From: Chloropicon primus
Taxonomy: Eukaryota
Assembly: GCA_023205875.1 (NCBI GenBank)
Contig: CP060760.1
Span: 744,001-808,000 of the forward strand
Reading direction: 5' to 3'
Length of the DNA stretch: 64,000 nucleotides
How positions within the stretch are numbered: the first letter of the stretch is position 1; each line of letters begins with the position of its first letter. Below are positions 9,170 to 20,130 of the stretch, piece after piece. The notes under the pieces are model-generated. The model made no database searches. It had not been told where the DNA came from and saw only the letters and a program-made list of their open reading frames with translations. The position numbers and the translations under genes are program-made.

Positions 9170-11479
9170 ATGGCGGTTCAAGGGACGCTGAATAAGTTTC
9201 CGATCGATGCGAAGACGAAGGATGAGTCGGGATTGCCGTTCGGGGTGATCGTGCAGCCCTTCGTGAGGGAGACGGAGGTGGTGGAGAAGGATGGAAAGTG
9301 CGTGCTCAACGCCACGGAGGGGACCGGCTTACGGGTGGAGCAGGTCGAGAGGTGCAACGACTGCTACGCGTACATCAACAGGTACTGCTACTTTGACTAC
9401 AGGTCGTGGTCGTGCTCGCTGTGCGGGGCGGTCAACCCGATAGGAAAGAAGTCGAGGTACTACAACGTGCAGCACAGGTCGAGGCTGCCCGAGCTGTCGA
9501 GCGGGTTCGTGGACGTGGAGTACACCGGCAAGAAGGGCAACGGGGGGAAGGAGGACGGGGACCTGAGAGCCGCATTCGTGGCCCTGGTCGACACGACGGG
9601 AACGGAGGACCAGCTGGAGCTCGTGAGGAGCGCGATCTTGGCGGGGCTGGAGGGGCTGGCCCCGAACGCCAAGTTCGGCATCGTCACGTACTCGGCGCAG
9701 GGGCTTGGCGTCTTCGACCTGGCGGGCCAGGGGGCGAGCTGCTGGCACATTCCCCTGCCCGGTGACTTCGGAGAGTCTCGGGAGGCCGAGGAGTACGTCA
9801 ACGGCATGCTGGACGAGGTCTTGCCCTTGGAGTTGTTCCTGGTGGAGGTGGGGACTCACAAGGAGGCCATCGCCTCGGCCCTGGAGAGCGTGAAGAGCTC
9901 CGAGGGCAAGCCGTCGCCGTCCGGGGCGGGGGCCTGCTACGGTGCCGCGCTGACTGCCGTGGTGGCGTACCTGTCGGGGCTGGAGTTCTCCCAGGCCGGG
10001 GGTCAGGAGGCCCTCAACGACAATCCGACCGGCATCATTTACTCGAGGGTGATGACTTTCATGCTGAACCCACCCCCAAGCGGAGCGGGGAGAGTGGACT
10101 CGGGGAAGAGGTCAGCCCCGACGAGGCGGGCGATATCGCTGACCGAGACCTTTTACTCCAAGATGGGTTCTCACTCCTCCTGCTGCGGCATCAGCTGCGA
10201 TTTGTACATTATCGGCCGAGACAAGGAGACCGACTACTTCGATCTCGCCTCCATGAGGTACCTGAGCAAGAAGAGCGGGGGAAAGATCTTCTACTACCCT
10301 TCCGTGGACGAGTGCAATGCCCCCCAGGACGTCTTCACGGCGCTCTCGGAGCCTTGCGCGCTCAATGGCATCTTCCGGGTGAGAACCTCCAACGAGTTCA
10401 AGGTCGCCCAGCATTACGGGCAGCTGGAGGAGCACCACAAGTACAAAAACCTCTACCATTTTGCTACGTGCGACAAGACGACCTGCTTTGGACTTGACTT
10501 CAAGTTCAGCAGCTCAGGGTTTTCGAGGGACCCAGAAGTGGCGCCGACGGTGCAGTTGGCCTTCCAGTACAGCGTTTTCGAGCCGGAGGACGACGGGGAG
10601 GAGGAGGAGGAGGTGGGGGAGGAAATCGAGGGGAAGCCCCAAGCTAGCAGGAGGCACGTCATGAAACAGAGGCTTAGGATATACACCAAGCAATTCCCAG
10701 TCGCAAAGTCAATATTGGACCTGTACGACCACGTGGACCCCCAAGCCGTGGTTTCTTTGCTGCTCCACAAGTGCACCAACATCATCTTCGAGAAGGGCTT
10801 TGGGGAAGCGAGGTCTCTGGTCGAGGACTGGATGATCAACCTTCTGGGGCAGTACAACCTCCACACCAACAAGCGTCTCTTGGAAGCCGGGGACAAGATT
10901 GAAGAGCCCGACCTGTCCTTCAAGGAATCAAACACAATGGGGGATCTCCCCTCGCTGGTTTATGGAATCCTGCGAGGACACGTTTTCAGCGAAGGGTATA
11001 TTCGCAAAAATCCGGACGAGTGGGTGTACTTGTTCTCTGCGTACACCTCAAACCCTCCGAAGGACATCGCTCATGCAATCTACCCCGCTCTCAGCACGTA
11101 CTCTGAGAACCGCGGGTACAGAAAGGTGCCTTTGAGCAAGGACTACCTGAGTGAGAACGAGGGAACTATCTACATGGTGGACAGCTTCTTCAAGATAGTT
11201 GTGTACTATACCACCCAAGGGCAGAAGACACAGGCTTTCCCGCCCCCTCACGACGGCCTCCTGAGGAAAGAGATTGACGACATCCGAAGTTCCAGGGGCA
11301 CGGCGCCTGTTGTCATCTTCATCCGCGAGGGCATAGAGGACGAGAGGCCTTTCGAGGATCTACTGCTGGACGAGCCGGCAAAATCCAGCTCGGGTTCAAC
11401 GGCTGACTACGGGTTCGATCAATGGTCCAACTTCATCACGAAAGAAGTGAAGGAGTATTTGGCAAACCCGCCTTCGTAG
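9170..11479 (+). CDS. Sec23/Sec24-family COPII coat protein (zinc finger, vWA trunk, beta-sandwich, helical and gelsolin-like regions)
   Basis: Has LPFGVIVQPF, zinc finger RCNDCYAYINRYC...WSCSLCGAVN, FVALVDTT, RVRTSNEFKV and LRIYT. Confidence 0.9.
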   Translation: MAVQGTLNKFPIDAKTKDESGLPFGVIVQPFVRETEVVEKDGKCVLNATEGTGLRVEQVERCNDCYAYINRYCYFDYRSWSCSLCGAVNPIGKKSRYYNVQHRSRLPELSSGFVDVEYTGKKGNGGKEDGDLRAAFVALVDTTGTEDQLELVRSAILAGLEGLAPNAKFGIVTYSAQGLGVFDLAGQGASCWHIPLPGDFGESREAEEYVNGMLDEVLPLELFLVEVGTHKEAIASALESVKSSEGKPSPSGAGACYGAALTAVVAYLSGLEFSQAGGQEALNDNPTGIIYSRVMTFMLNPPPSGAGRVDSGKRSAPTRRAISLTETFYSKMGSHSSCCGISCDLYIIGRDKETDYFDLASMRYLSKKSGGKIFYYPSVDECNAPQDVFTALSEPCALNGIFRVRTSNEFKVAQHYGQLEEHHKYKNLYHFATCDKTTCFGLDFKFSSSGFSRDPEVAPTVQLAFQYSVFEPEDDGEEEEEVGEEIEGKPQASRRHVMKQRLRIYTKQFPVAKSILDLYDHVDPQAVVSLLLHKCTNIIFEKGFGEARSLVEDWMINLLGQYNLHTNKRLLEAGDKIEEPDLSFKESNTMGDLPSLVYGILRGHVFSEGYIRKNPDEWVYLFSAYTSNPPKDIAHAIYPALSTYSENRGYRKVPLSKDYLSENEGTIYMVDSFFKIVVYYTTQGQKTQAFPPPHDGLLRKEIDDIRSSRGTAPVVIFIREGIEDERPFEDLLLDEPAKSSSGSTADYGFDQWSNFITKEVKEYLANPPS

Positions 11480-11618
11480 GCTGGCAGAGAGAGACCCGAC
11501 ACGAATCATTGTGTATTTATTCTTGTTTTGTACTTAAGTTGTATCTGATATAGTTTGTTCCCGAGCAGTATCCCAACCTTACCCCGGGCCCAAAAGACGA
11601 TTTGCGGTGAAGCTAAAG

Positions 11619-12779
11619 CTACCGCTTGCCTTCGATGAAGAACCTTTGCTCGCTCGACTGCTGGATCCCATACCAATCAGCCGCCGTGAGGATTTCTTGC
11701 GTGAAACACTGGGCGGCCCTGCTAAAGTAGCGCTTCCTGTTCGTCACAACCTGCAGCTTTCTCGTCAAGATGACATCCTGGATGGAGCTAGAGTGGACGA
11801 GGCCGAGCTGGACCTCTTTCTGTACGGCGGACTGGGACACGAATGCTGCTCCGAGGCCGTGCTGCACCGCGCTCTTGATGGCCTCGATGGAGTTGAACTC
11901 CATCTGTATGTGCAGCATCTTCGGGTTGAGGCCGTTCTCCTTTAGGGTCTGCGTCTGGAACTTTTGCGACGTTGAGTTCTGGTTCAGGCTCACGAACTTC
12001 AAGCTGTAAAGCCGCTCCTTCTCGATCTGCTTCTTCATGGACAAGGGGTGCCTGGGCGGCAGGATCAGAACAAACTCTTCCTCCGTGTACGTTGTGACCT
12101 GGAGGTTGTCCATCAGCTCCGGGGGGACTTCCCCTCCCACGATGGCGACGTCAATCTCCCCGTTCGACACGGACGTGCAGATACTTCGCGTTGAGCCCAC
12201 CGTGAGCTTCACGGTAACCCCAGGGTACTTCTGCTGGAAAGAAGCCGCCAGGCGCGGGATGAGGTAGGTCCCGGTGGTCTGGCTCGCGCCAAGGTTCACG
12301 GCTCCCACTTCCACGTTGTTCAGGTCCTCGAGCGCCCTAACCGCTTCAGAGGACGCGGTCAAGATGCGCTCCGCGTACCGCAGCAGCAGCTTGAACAACG
12401 ACAGCGGGATGCAAGGAGGCAGCCAACAGAATGTTGTCAGACACAGCAACGGCATCGACAGCTCAACAACGTTCGTCACAGAATCCTTACCTGTCCCTCC
12501 TCCGTGAAGGAGGCTCCTTGTATTCCCGGGTGCCGGTTCACGAGCGTGGCTTTGATCTTCTGCTCCAGCGACGACAGCTGGCTGGAGACGCTAGACTGGG
12601 ACACGTAAAGATACTCCGCTGCTGCCTTGATGGAGCCAAACTTCGCCAGGGCCTTGAGCATGAGGAGTTCCTTGAAGGTGAAGGGAGGCACGGTCTCGAG
12701 GGGCTCGCCGAGGGAGCCGGACGTGTCCTCTATGGCACTCACGTAGCGGGTGCACTCGCACGCGACGCGACCCAAGTTC

Positions 12780-12827
<48 letters not shown>

Positions 12828-13039
12828 CTCTCCCAACCCCCTCGCCAGGAGGAGAAGTCCCTCTCTCCCCCAACTCCCGTGCTCGCCCCGTCCCCCCCTC
12901 GCCGTCTCCGCCTCCCCCGCCCCGAACCACGCGGCCCGCTCCCTCCGACGGCATCCCTGGCACCAGACCGTCGCCCCTGTCCGTGCCCCACCCCCCTCCT
13001 CCCCCTCTCCGACCTCCGTAACGTCGCCCGCTCCGCCAT
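11619..13039 (-). CDS. ycf30: LysR-type transcriptional regulator, Ycf30/RbcR family, with a presequence-like N-terminus; intron 12390-12490
   Basis: HTH PFTFKELLMLKALAKFGSIKAAAEYLYVSQSSVS; effector domain GASQTTGTYLIPRL, EIDVAIVGGEVP, MEFNSIEAIKSAVQHGLGAAFVS, NRKRYFSRAAQCF. A phase-0 intron (gtaagg...ttcaag) joins EEGQ|LLLRY. Confidence 0.9.
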
Positions 13040-13583
13040 CGCTTCCGTCTGATCCACAACTCCAAAGACAAGATCTCCGGGAACCGCGAACGGATTCCAG
13101 CAGAAGAGTGGATCAGGGTAAGGTTTACGATTGAAACTCTTTATTCTCTGGTGCCCTAGATTGCACTCCACCCGGAACAGGTCTCTTCATCACGGACTCC
13201 ATTCACACATCATCATCATCATCCTCCTCCAGGGAGGGCTGTGGTTTGGGTTTAGGTACAGGTCAAGGGTTTCGCACACTTGCAGGGTGAAGAACAGACT
13301 GACCATTCGAATGGTATGGGGGGCAGGGGAAGGTGGGGGCCAGGGGAGAATGTGACGATCGACGCCGTCGCTGATTGCCCTGGCTGCTTCTGCGGGAGGG
13401 TCGAGCTCAAGTCCGAGAATTCTGTGGTCGAGATCGAGGAGGGGGAGGGCTTGGCATGCACCAGGAGTTGACGCGGGAGGATGGTACGGCGGAGCGATTT
13501 CCCTTTCCTCGCGGGGGGAGGGGACGGGGCTCAAGGTGTGCGTAAAGTAGTACCCTCCTTAGATGCGATCGTATACAACGCGC

Positions 13584-14426
13584 TTATTCGTCCTTCTTCA
13601 TGACGTTCGTGATCACGGTCTGGGCCAAGGGCGTTCCGATGATGATGACCGCGAGGGCCGCGAACAGGAAGTTGAAGTTTCCCTTGACCTCCTCCTGGGT
13701 CAGCGTTTTTCGGGCCTTCTTGGCCTTCGGCGCAAAGGGGTCTGCCTTGCCTTGGAGGCCCGCCTCGATCCTCTGCACGGACTTGAGGGTCGCCTCGTTC
13801 CACTTCTCCTCGGCAGCGAGGCTTGGAATCGTCTCGCTGATGACGCCGTCCAGGATGTCATCCCCGACCTTCCCGAGGAAGCTAGGTCCGCCCGAGATTC
13901 CTCCCTCCTTGGTGGACGTGATGATCAGCAGGACGCCCTTGTTGTTGCCCTGCTCCAGCGTGGGGTACCAGTTCTCCAGGACCTTGTCCGAGAACTCGAA
14001 AGGATCTGGCGTAAACTGAAGCTTCCTCATCGTCACCACGTTCAAGTGGTACCCGGTCGTCTTCTCGAGCTCGATGAGCTTGCCCTTGATCGCTCCCTTG
14101 CCCGCCTTGCTCAGGATTCCACCGTCGTCCACAATGTAGCTCGTCTCCGGCACGGGGGCCTCCAACACGTCGAACTCCGACGCGATCGCGGCTCCGGATA
14201 TGGGCGAGGTCGCCACGAGGGCCGCGATCCCGGCCGACGCCAGTGCCATCTTCCCCTTCCCCCTCTCCCCCTCCCTTCCGATGTCGTCGTCGTCGTCGTT
14301 GTTGTTCCTGAACAAGGCCCTGGCCCTGGTGCTGGTGCAACTCCTGTTCCTCCGTTGCAGCGTTCCCGTCCTCCCGGCGGCGGATGCCCCCCTCCTTCCC
14401 AAGCTCTTCGCCCTCGTCCCCTGCAT
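13584..14426 (-). CDS. TLP18.3: Thylakoid TPM-domain protein TLP18.3/Psb32-like (PSII repair)
   Basis: Lumenal signal ...GAAIA|SEFDVL, then YIVDDGGILS, NVVTMRKL, FSDKVLENWYPTLEQGNNKGVLLII, GISGGPSF and a C-terminal TM helix. Confidence 0.9.
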   Translation of the reverse strand: MQGTRAKSLGRRGASAAGRTGTLQRRNRSCTSTRARALFRNNNDDDDDIGREGERGKGKMALASAGIAALVATSPISGAAIASEFDVLEAPVPETSYIVDDGGILSKAGKGAIKGKLIELEKTTGYHLNVVTMRKLQFTPDPFEFSDKVLENWYPTLEQGNNKGVLLIITSTKEGGISGGPSFLGKVGDDILDGVISETIPSLAAEEKWNEATLKSVQRIEAGLQGKADPFAPKAKKARKTLTQEEVKGNFNFLFAALAVIIIGTPLAQTVITNVMKKDE

Positions 14427-14427
14427 C

Positions 14428-14459
<32 letters not shown>

Positions 14460-15184
14460 TCGCCGCTCGAAGGAGATCCTCCGCCAATAATCAATAATCT
14501 TATCGTCTTCTTCGCTTCGTGATCTTATCTTCAACTAGTGCGAAATAGAAGACTAAATAAAATCGCAAAGGAGAAAAGAAGGAAAAGGAAAGAACCCAAG
14601 ACGCTGACCTGGCACCACGAGGAGATTCCTTCCTTTCAACCTTTCGCCTTGGGATTCATTAAGAAACCGTCGAGCCGGCTTCGGCTGATCTGTTCCTCCT
14701 CCTCCTCCTCCTCCTCCTCCTCCTCCTCCTCCTCCACCGTGTTCGTGTTCCTCGTGCTCGAGCAAAACCCCTAGGTCCTTGTCCTTGTCCTTGTCCAAAG
14801 CCAAGGGAGGAGAGTCCGAGGATTCCTTTCCTTTTTGGTACCAAAAAGCGTCGTAAAGGGAAAGGGAGGCACCACGACTTGGCTTGGCGTGGACAAAAGG
14901 GAAGGCTTTAGACGCAACCCAACCCACCGGACACGACGACGACCGCACCCAACCCACGGGACGAGGGCTTGGACGAAGGCAACCGCCAGAGCAGAGAACG
15001 AGGAAAGGGAGAGGGCCACGGCCATGACTCCAGCGGGACTTTGAAGGGAGCACGAGGGAAAGGCCTTTCGTACGAAAAAAAAACGCCAAGATACCCGCAG
15101 AGGACAAGAAGAGAACGAGAGCACTGCCGGGACAAGGAGGGGTCCTACGAGAGGAGTGGCGGGGGAAACGATAGAGGAGAGACC

Positions 15185-16252
15185 ATGGTGACGCAGACCA
15201 CGCAGACCACGACGGAGATCGCCAAGGGGGGCAAGGGGAGCAAAGATGCTTGCCTGGAGCAAGTCATACCGGACATCTGGCCCATGGACGGCACCAAGGG
15301 GAACCAGTTCATCAAGTGGCTGGTGTTCAAGGCGGGGGCTTGGGTCACCATCACCATCTGCTGCTGCATGTACTACGTCGCCCCGCTGATGGTGATATCC
15401 CTGCCGTTCGCGCTGTGGCTGGCGCCTAGAGCGGGGCTCACGATCCTGGCCCTTTGCGCCGGTTCGGTTTGCTGGCCTTCCTCGGACTGGCCCGCCTTCA
15501 GGAGGGTGTTCCAGCACCTCTTCGGAGTCTTCAACGTCAGGACGAACTTCTACGACGTGTCTCCGAGGATAGACAGGAAGAAGAGGTACATCTACGCCTT
15601 CCACCCCCACGCCATAGTGCCCTTGCACGCGCTGACCTGGTGCGCCTTCCTGGACAGACTCGACAGGAGCCTGTACGGCGTGGGCGGGATGGCCACTGCG
15701 ATTTACTTCGTTCCCTTCGTCTGCAACATATTCAGGTGGCTGAACAACATCTCGGCCAACTACAAGGTGATGAAGAAGTCCTTGGTGAGGGACAAGAAGA
15801 ACGTTTACTTGCTGCCCGACGGCATCGCCGGGATTTACTACTCGAGGCGTGGGAAGCACTATGCCGTGTTGAAGAAGAGGAGGGGTCTCTTCCGCCTGGC
15901 CACAGAGACGGGGGCGTCCCTCATACCCATCTATTGCTTCGGCGCCAATGACATGCTCGAGCAGGCGGACTGGGACTGCGATTCCTTCATCGGGAAGATG
16001 TCAAGAAAGTTCAAGCTCAGCGTGACGATTTACTGGGGGCAGCTGGGGTTGCCCATCCCTTTCCCTGTCAACTTGAGCTACGTCTTCGGAGAGCCAGTCG
16101 CGCCTCCCAAGGTGGAATTGAGGGAGGGAGAGAAGATCGACCCAAAGGTCATTGAGGAGTTTTACGACCGCTATGTGGCGGCCTTGCGAAAAGCCTTCGA
16201 CCACTACAAGGCGGCAGCCGGGTACCCCGACGCCGAGCTCGTGGTGATCTAA
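15185..16252 (+). CDS. DGAT2: Diacylglycerol acyltransferase type 2 family (DGAT2/DGTT)
   Basis: Has YIYAFHPHA, LKKRRGLFRLATETGASLIPIYCFGAND, YWGQLGLPIPF and VFGEPV. Confidence 0.88.
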   Translation: MVTQTTQTTTEIAKGGKGSKDACLEQVIPDIWPMDGTKGNQFIKWLVFKAGAWVTITICCCMYYVAPLMVISLPFALWLAPRAGLTILALCAGSVCWPSSDWPAFRRVFQHLFGVFNVRTNFYDVSPRIDRKKRYIYAFHPHAIVPLHALTWCAFLDRLDRSLYGVGGMATAIYFVPFVCNIFRWLNNISANYKVMKKSLVRDKKNVYLLPDGIAGIYYSRRGKHYAVLKKRRGLFRLATETGASLIPIYCFGANDMLEQADWDCDSFIGKMSRKFKLSVTIYWGQLGLPIPFPVNLSYVFGEPVAPPKVELREGEKIDPKVIEEFYDRYVAALRKAFDHYKAAAGYPDAELVVI

Positions 16253-16525
16253 CTCTCGACCACAAAAACCAATAAAAGATGATGATTAGGGTATATGGAT
16301 ATATAAAAAAAAAAACTTATGAAATCGAACACGACAAGAATCACAATCGCGGTAACGATGATGACGGAGTGCGTGTTTCTTCGTGCGTGTTTCTTCGTGC
16401 GTGTTTCTTCGCCACAAAGGCGCGCGTGGTGGATGGATCAAACATATATGATTGATTCAGACATAGTTTACTGTTACTAGGTTTAAAAGGTGGTTGTCTA
16501 GTTTTCAACCCAACTGCGTGGAACT

Positions 16526-17338
16526 TCACTTCTTCTCGAAGTTGAGTCCCTGGGCAAGCCTCTCCTCCCTGCGCTCGAGCTTTCTCAGTCTGGCGGCCTT
16601 GTTCTTGGTCCTCCTAGAGTCATACTGCTCGGCAATAGCCTTCTCTCTAAGCTTCTCGGCCTTGTTCTTGTGGATCGACTCCATGAGAACTCTCTTGTTC
16701 TTGTACACGTTACCCTTGACCTTGAGGTAGAGCTCGTGGTACATATGCTTGTCGATCTTCTTGGCGTCGCGGTACTTCCTGAGCATACGCCTCAAGACGC
16801 GCATGCGCCTCATCCACAGGAGAGAGGTTGGGAGCCTGGCCTCGCGCGTTCCCCTTCTCTTACCGTATCCCGTGTGTCTTCCCTTGGCCTTCGCCGCTGC
16901 GGCGAGTCTGGCGCGGGAGCGGGAGTGGATGTTCTCAGGCTTCTTGATCACGAATCCGTCCTTGACCAACTTGCGGATGTTTTGCCCTGAAAGAGTGAGA
17001 CAGAAGCAAGCCGAAAAGAAAAAAGAGAGCGGGGGTCAGCCACACGCGCACGCACGCAAAAAAGAACCGAACCGAAAGCAACCTCGCACGCGCGCACGCC
17101 CACACGCCCGCACGCACGCAAAAGAAAGAAACAACACACGCACGCTGGGAGTCCTCTCTCCCTCGTTCCTCTCTGTCCTGTCTCTCTGGTTTCTCGGTTT
17201 GTGCTTGGTCTTGTTGGTGAACTTACTTGAGTTAGCCATGGAGATCTCGTTGACCTCGTTGGGGTCGAGCCATACTTTCCTCTTTCCGCACTTGAGTACC
17301 TCCGCGGCGAGTCTCTTCTGCAGCTTCAAGCTAACCAT
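16526..17338 (-). CDS. RPL19: 60S ribosomal protein L19 (eL19); intron 16987-17226
   Basis: [28 protein letters not shown]...[14 protein letters not shown]...[17 protein letters not shown] intron restores the frame. Confidence 0.97.
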
Positions 17339-17827
17339 GGTTGTCCTTGTGGTCGGGTGTTCGTCGTCCTTGCTCCACACACTGCGCTCTTGAGTTACGC
17401 TTTCGCTCTTCGCGTCGCCGGCTGGAGCGTCGGCTGCGGAAATGTTAACATAACAAGGGATTAACACAAGGGAAAACTTCAAATACAAGAGGAGGCGGGG
17501 AGGTGGCGGCGCCTCATAAATACGTGTAAAAGAGGGGTACACCCAGAAAAGGATCCACTCCAAGGGGACTTCATACAAGATGGAGGATTGGATTGGATGA
17601 TGGATTGGCGTTACTCTCTTCTTTGGTTTTGGTTTTGGTTTTAACAGGGGGGGGAACACGGCAGGGACTCCTTTCCTTCCTTGGCATTGGAATCCTTCGC
17701 CTGGACTCTCCTCCTTCCTCTGTGGTGGTGGGATGGGACCACTTTCCACGTTCGTTCCACGTTCCACTTTCCATTTCGTCTCTCGCTTTCACTAACACCC
17801 CTGGCCTTCTCTCTGGGGATGTACGGA

Positions 17828-19480
17828 CTACTTTACAGATTCTTTGCTGACGGTGGAGGCGAATTGGGTCATTTCCAGGAAGCCCTCGAGCATCAGCAGG
17901 TTCATCACCTCCGGCTGCTTCTCCATGATTCTCACCCAGGTTTCTTTCTCCACCGAGACGCCCGAGGCTTCTTCCCCCCCGCCTTCTGCCCCCGCCTTCT
18001 CCAGCACGAGGTCGAAGAGGTGGTCGACGAACTGGGAGACCTCGCCCTGGGCCTCGTGGAGGACGAGGTCCATGGTCGCGCAAAGGACGAGCATGTTGCC
18101 CTCCTCCCCCCTGGGACCAAAGGAGGTGTGCGGCAAGTCCTTCCTCTGTTGCATCCGCAAGATCTCGGGCATCAGCCTCCTCATGGTGCTCAGGTGGCCC
18201 TTGAGGGCCTCGCTGACCTCGCTCGCCCCGACCCGGCCGCCCCCGCTGCGGTCGAAGTACCCGTGGAGCAGCCTCGCCCTCTCGGCTGGGTCCTGCTCTG
18301 AGAGGAGTCGGCCACCCTCCACCCACTCCGACTTGCTCACGATGCCCTCGCCGCTCTTGTCGAAAGAAGCAAAGCAGGAAGCCAGGAGGAAGGTGTTGTG
18401 CACCAGCTTCGAGTAAGGCTCCACGCCGTCGCGGGCCAAGTCGTCGCAACACAGGAGGAACTCCGGCAGGCCCAGGCCCAGGACCACCTGGCTGTCCTCC
18501 TTCTGGCTCAAGTAGTTCCTCTCCAGCTGGGCCATTCGGGACTCGAAGACCTCCTCCAGGCGCTCGACGAGCCGGGGGCGGGCGCCGACCGCGGGGTCCT
18601 CGACCCCGTGGGACCTCGCCGCCCCTGCGGCGCGTGGCGCTGGCCCCGGAGACCGTGAGACCGCCCCGCCGGCCCGGTCCTGCGCGGGGGAGCCCCCCCC
18701 CAGAGAGCGATCCCGGCACTCGTCGTGCAGCCGCTCCGACCTCGAGATGAAAGCTTCCATCTGCTGCAGCGTCACCTGCTCGAAGAAGCCGGCGATCGCA
18801 GCCGCGTGGAGCGGGTTGCTGATCTCAAAGTCGACGTTGAAGCTGAGCTTGCAGCCACCGTTTTTGGTGGGCTGGAAGGACCACACCGACACGAGGGAGT
18901 CGCACAGCCCCCCTGGCAGGGCCTCCGCCCGGACGAACCCCCCCTTGGCCCCCTCCGGAGCGACGCACGTCACCCGGGACACGTGAGACTCGTGGAAGAG
19001 CCTGAACCCGATCTGAAGCTCCGCGTCGAACTGCAAGTTCCCGCCACCGCTGTCGCTTCCCCCGCCCTTCCCCCCGCCCGCGAGCACCCTCGACTTGACG
19101 CAATACGGCACGAACTGCTCGTACGCTCTCACGTCCGACACGACCTCGTACACCCGCGTCGTGGGCACCTGCAGCACGCAGCTCTTCTTCAGCGTTCTCC
19201 TGAGTTTGGGCTTGGGTACCCAGTCCGGAAACGTCGTCGTGAGCCTTCTCGTGTGCTCAAAGACCGGAGCTTGGGCGAGCTCCGGTCGACACAAGCGACG
19301 AGCGCCCTGGAAGCCCGAGAGGCTGGGCACGAGACTCCCCTCGGTCCAGGTGTGGTAGCACGCCGGGCAGCAAGGGGTGCATTCCTGCCACGCCTTGCTC
19401 GCCTCGCCCAGGTCACTCACCCTCCTCCACACCGCGACGGAGACCCTCCCGAGTTTAGGTCCGCCCCTCCGGAGCGCCAT
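17828..19480 (-). CDS. COQ10: COQ10/START-like coenzyme Q-binding domain fused to a C-terminal EF-hand domain; mitochondrial-type presequence
   Basis: COQ10 motifs VYEVVSDVRAYEQFVPYCVKSRV, AELQIGF, SHVSRVT and NVDFEISNPL; EF-hand loops DKSGEGIVSKSE and DRSGGGRVGASE. The first in-frame ATG is taken as the start. Confidence 0.8.
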   Translation of the reverse strand: MALRRGGPKLGRVSVAVWRRVSDLGEASKAWQECTPCCPACYHTWTEGSLVPSLSGFQGARRLCRPELAQAPVFEHTRRLTTTFPDWVPKPKLRRTLKKSCVLQVPTTRVYEVVSDVRAYEQFVPYCVKSRVLAGGGKGGGSDSGGGNLQFDAELQIGFRLFHESHVSRVTCVAPEGAKGGFVRAEALPGGLCDSLVSVWSFQPTKNGGCKLSFNVDFEISNPLHAAAIAGFFEQVTLQQMEAFISRSERLHDECRDRSLGGGSPAQDRAGGAVSRSPGPAPRAAGAARSHGVEDPAVGARPRLVERLEEVFESRMAQLERNYLSQKEDSQVVLGLGLPEFLLCCDDLARDGVEPYSKLVHNTFLLASCFASFDKSGEGIVSKSEWVEGGRLLSEQDPAERARLLHGYFDRSGGGRVGASEVSEALKGHLSTMRRLMPEILRMQQRKDLPHTSFGPRGEEGNMLVLCATMDLVLHEAQGEVSQFVDHLFDLVLEKAGAEGGGEEASGVSVEKETWVRIMEKQPEVMNLLMLEGFLEMTQFASTVSKESVK

Positions 19481-19699
19481 CACGACCGAGGTCAAGCCCA
19501 GCGTCCTCCGCTCCACCTCTTTCGCCCACTCCACTCAAGCTCAGACCTTCATCCCGACCCTAGACCATGGCCATCCCTCTCTCTCTCGCTCTCTCGAGAG
19601 CGCGAAAGCTCCTGCCCCAGCGCACGCACGCCGAGCCTCCTCTCCTCAACCGAAGGGAAGGCCGCGAGCAAGCCAAGGCGAGGGACCCTCCGTCCTCCT

Positions 19700-20130
19700 C
19701 GTCCTCGTGGTGGTGGTGGTGGTGGTTGTGGTTGTGGTGGTCGGTGTCGTTCGCCTCGTTCTGCTCTGGTGACAGCCCCAGGTGCTGGAGAGGCGAGGCG
19801 GAGGACGAGGACACGTGAGGCGAGCGAGGACGAGGTGAGTGACGCACTTCGTGGTCGTGGAAGGAGGGGAGAGGAGGGGACGACGACCTAGACATAGACA
19901 TAGACGAACGAACAAACTCGAGGGCTTTCCATACAAACCAACACCCTAGGAAATGGAACAACGTGGAGAGAGGGAGAGAGGGAAAACTGACGGAATCGTG
20001 CTGCTTGGCTACGCGATGAGGGACCAGATGGCGACCAGGATGGCGAGGAGGACGAGCGCGGTCCTCGGCGGGACCAGTGGAAGGGTCGAGGGGGGGATGA
20101 GGACCACCGGGAGGGCACGGAGGAGGGGGA
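19700..20130 (+). repeat. Copy 1 of a ~430-bp dispersed duplication (upstream region, 5'UTR intron and transit-peptide codons)
   Basis: Aligns to 54648-55078 at a constant offset of 34948, with only a few mismatches near the 5' end. Confidence 0.95.

Noticed and set aside
13110..13196. Possible box C/D snoRNA on the minus strand (gtgatga ... ctga)
   Set aside because: The terminal stem is poorly positioned and there is only a ~9-nt rRNA-complementary stretch. It would need an Rfam/snoscan hit.
13316..13471. Short plus-strand ORF with CPGCFC and coding-like codons
   Set aside because: About 50 aa with no recognisable family; it lies in the Ycf30 promoter / TLP18.3 3' region. Unsupported without expression data.
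8450..19931. 11-mer agggctttcca shared by the 176-bp repeat and the duplicated leader cassette
   Set aside because: The match is too short and has no flanking similarity; it cannot be distinguished from chance or a generic promoter motif.
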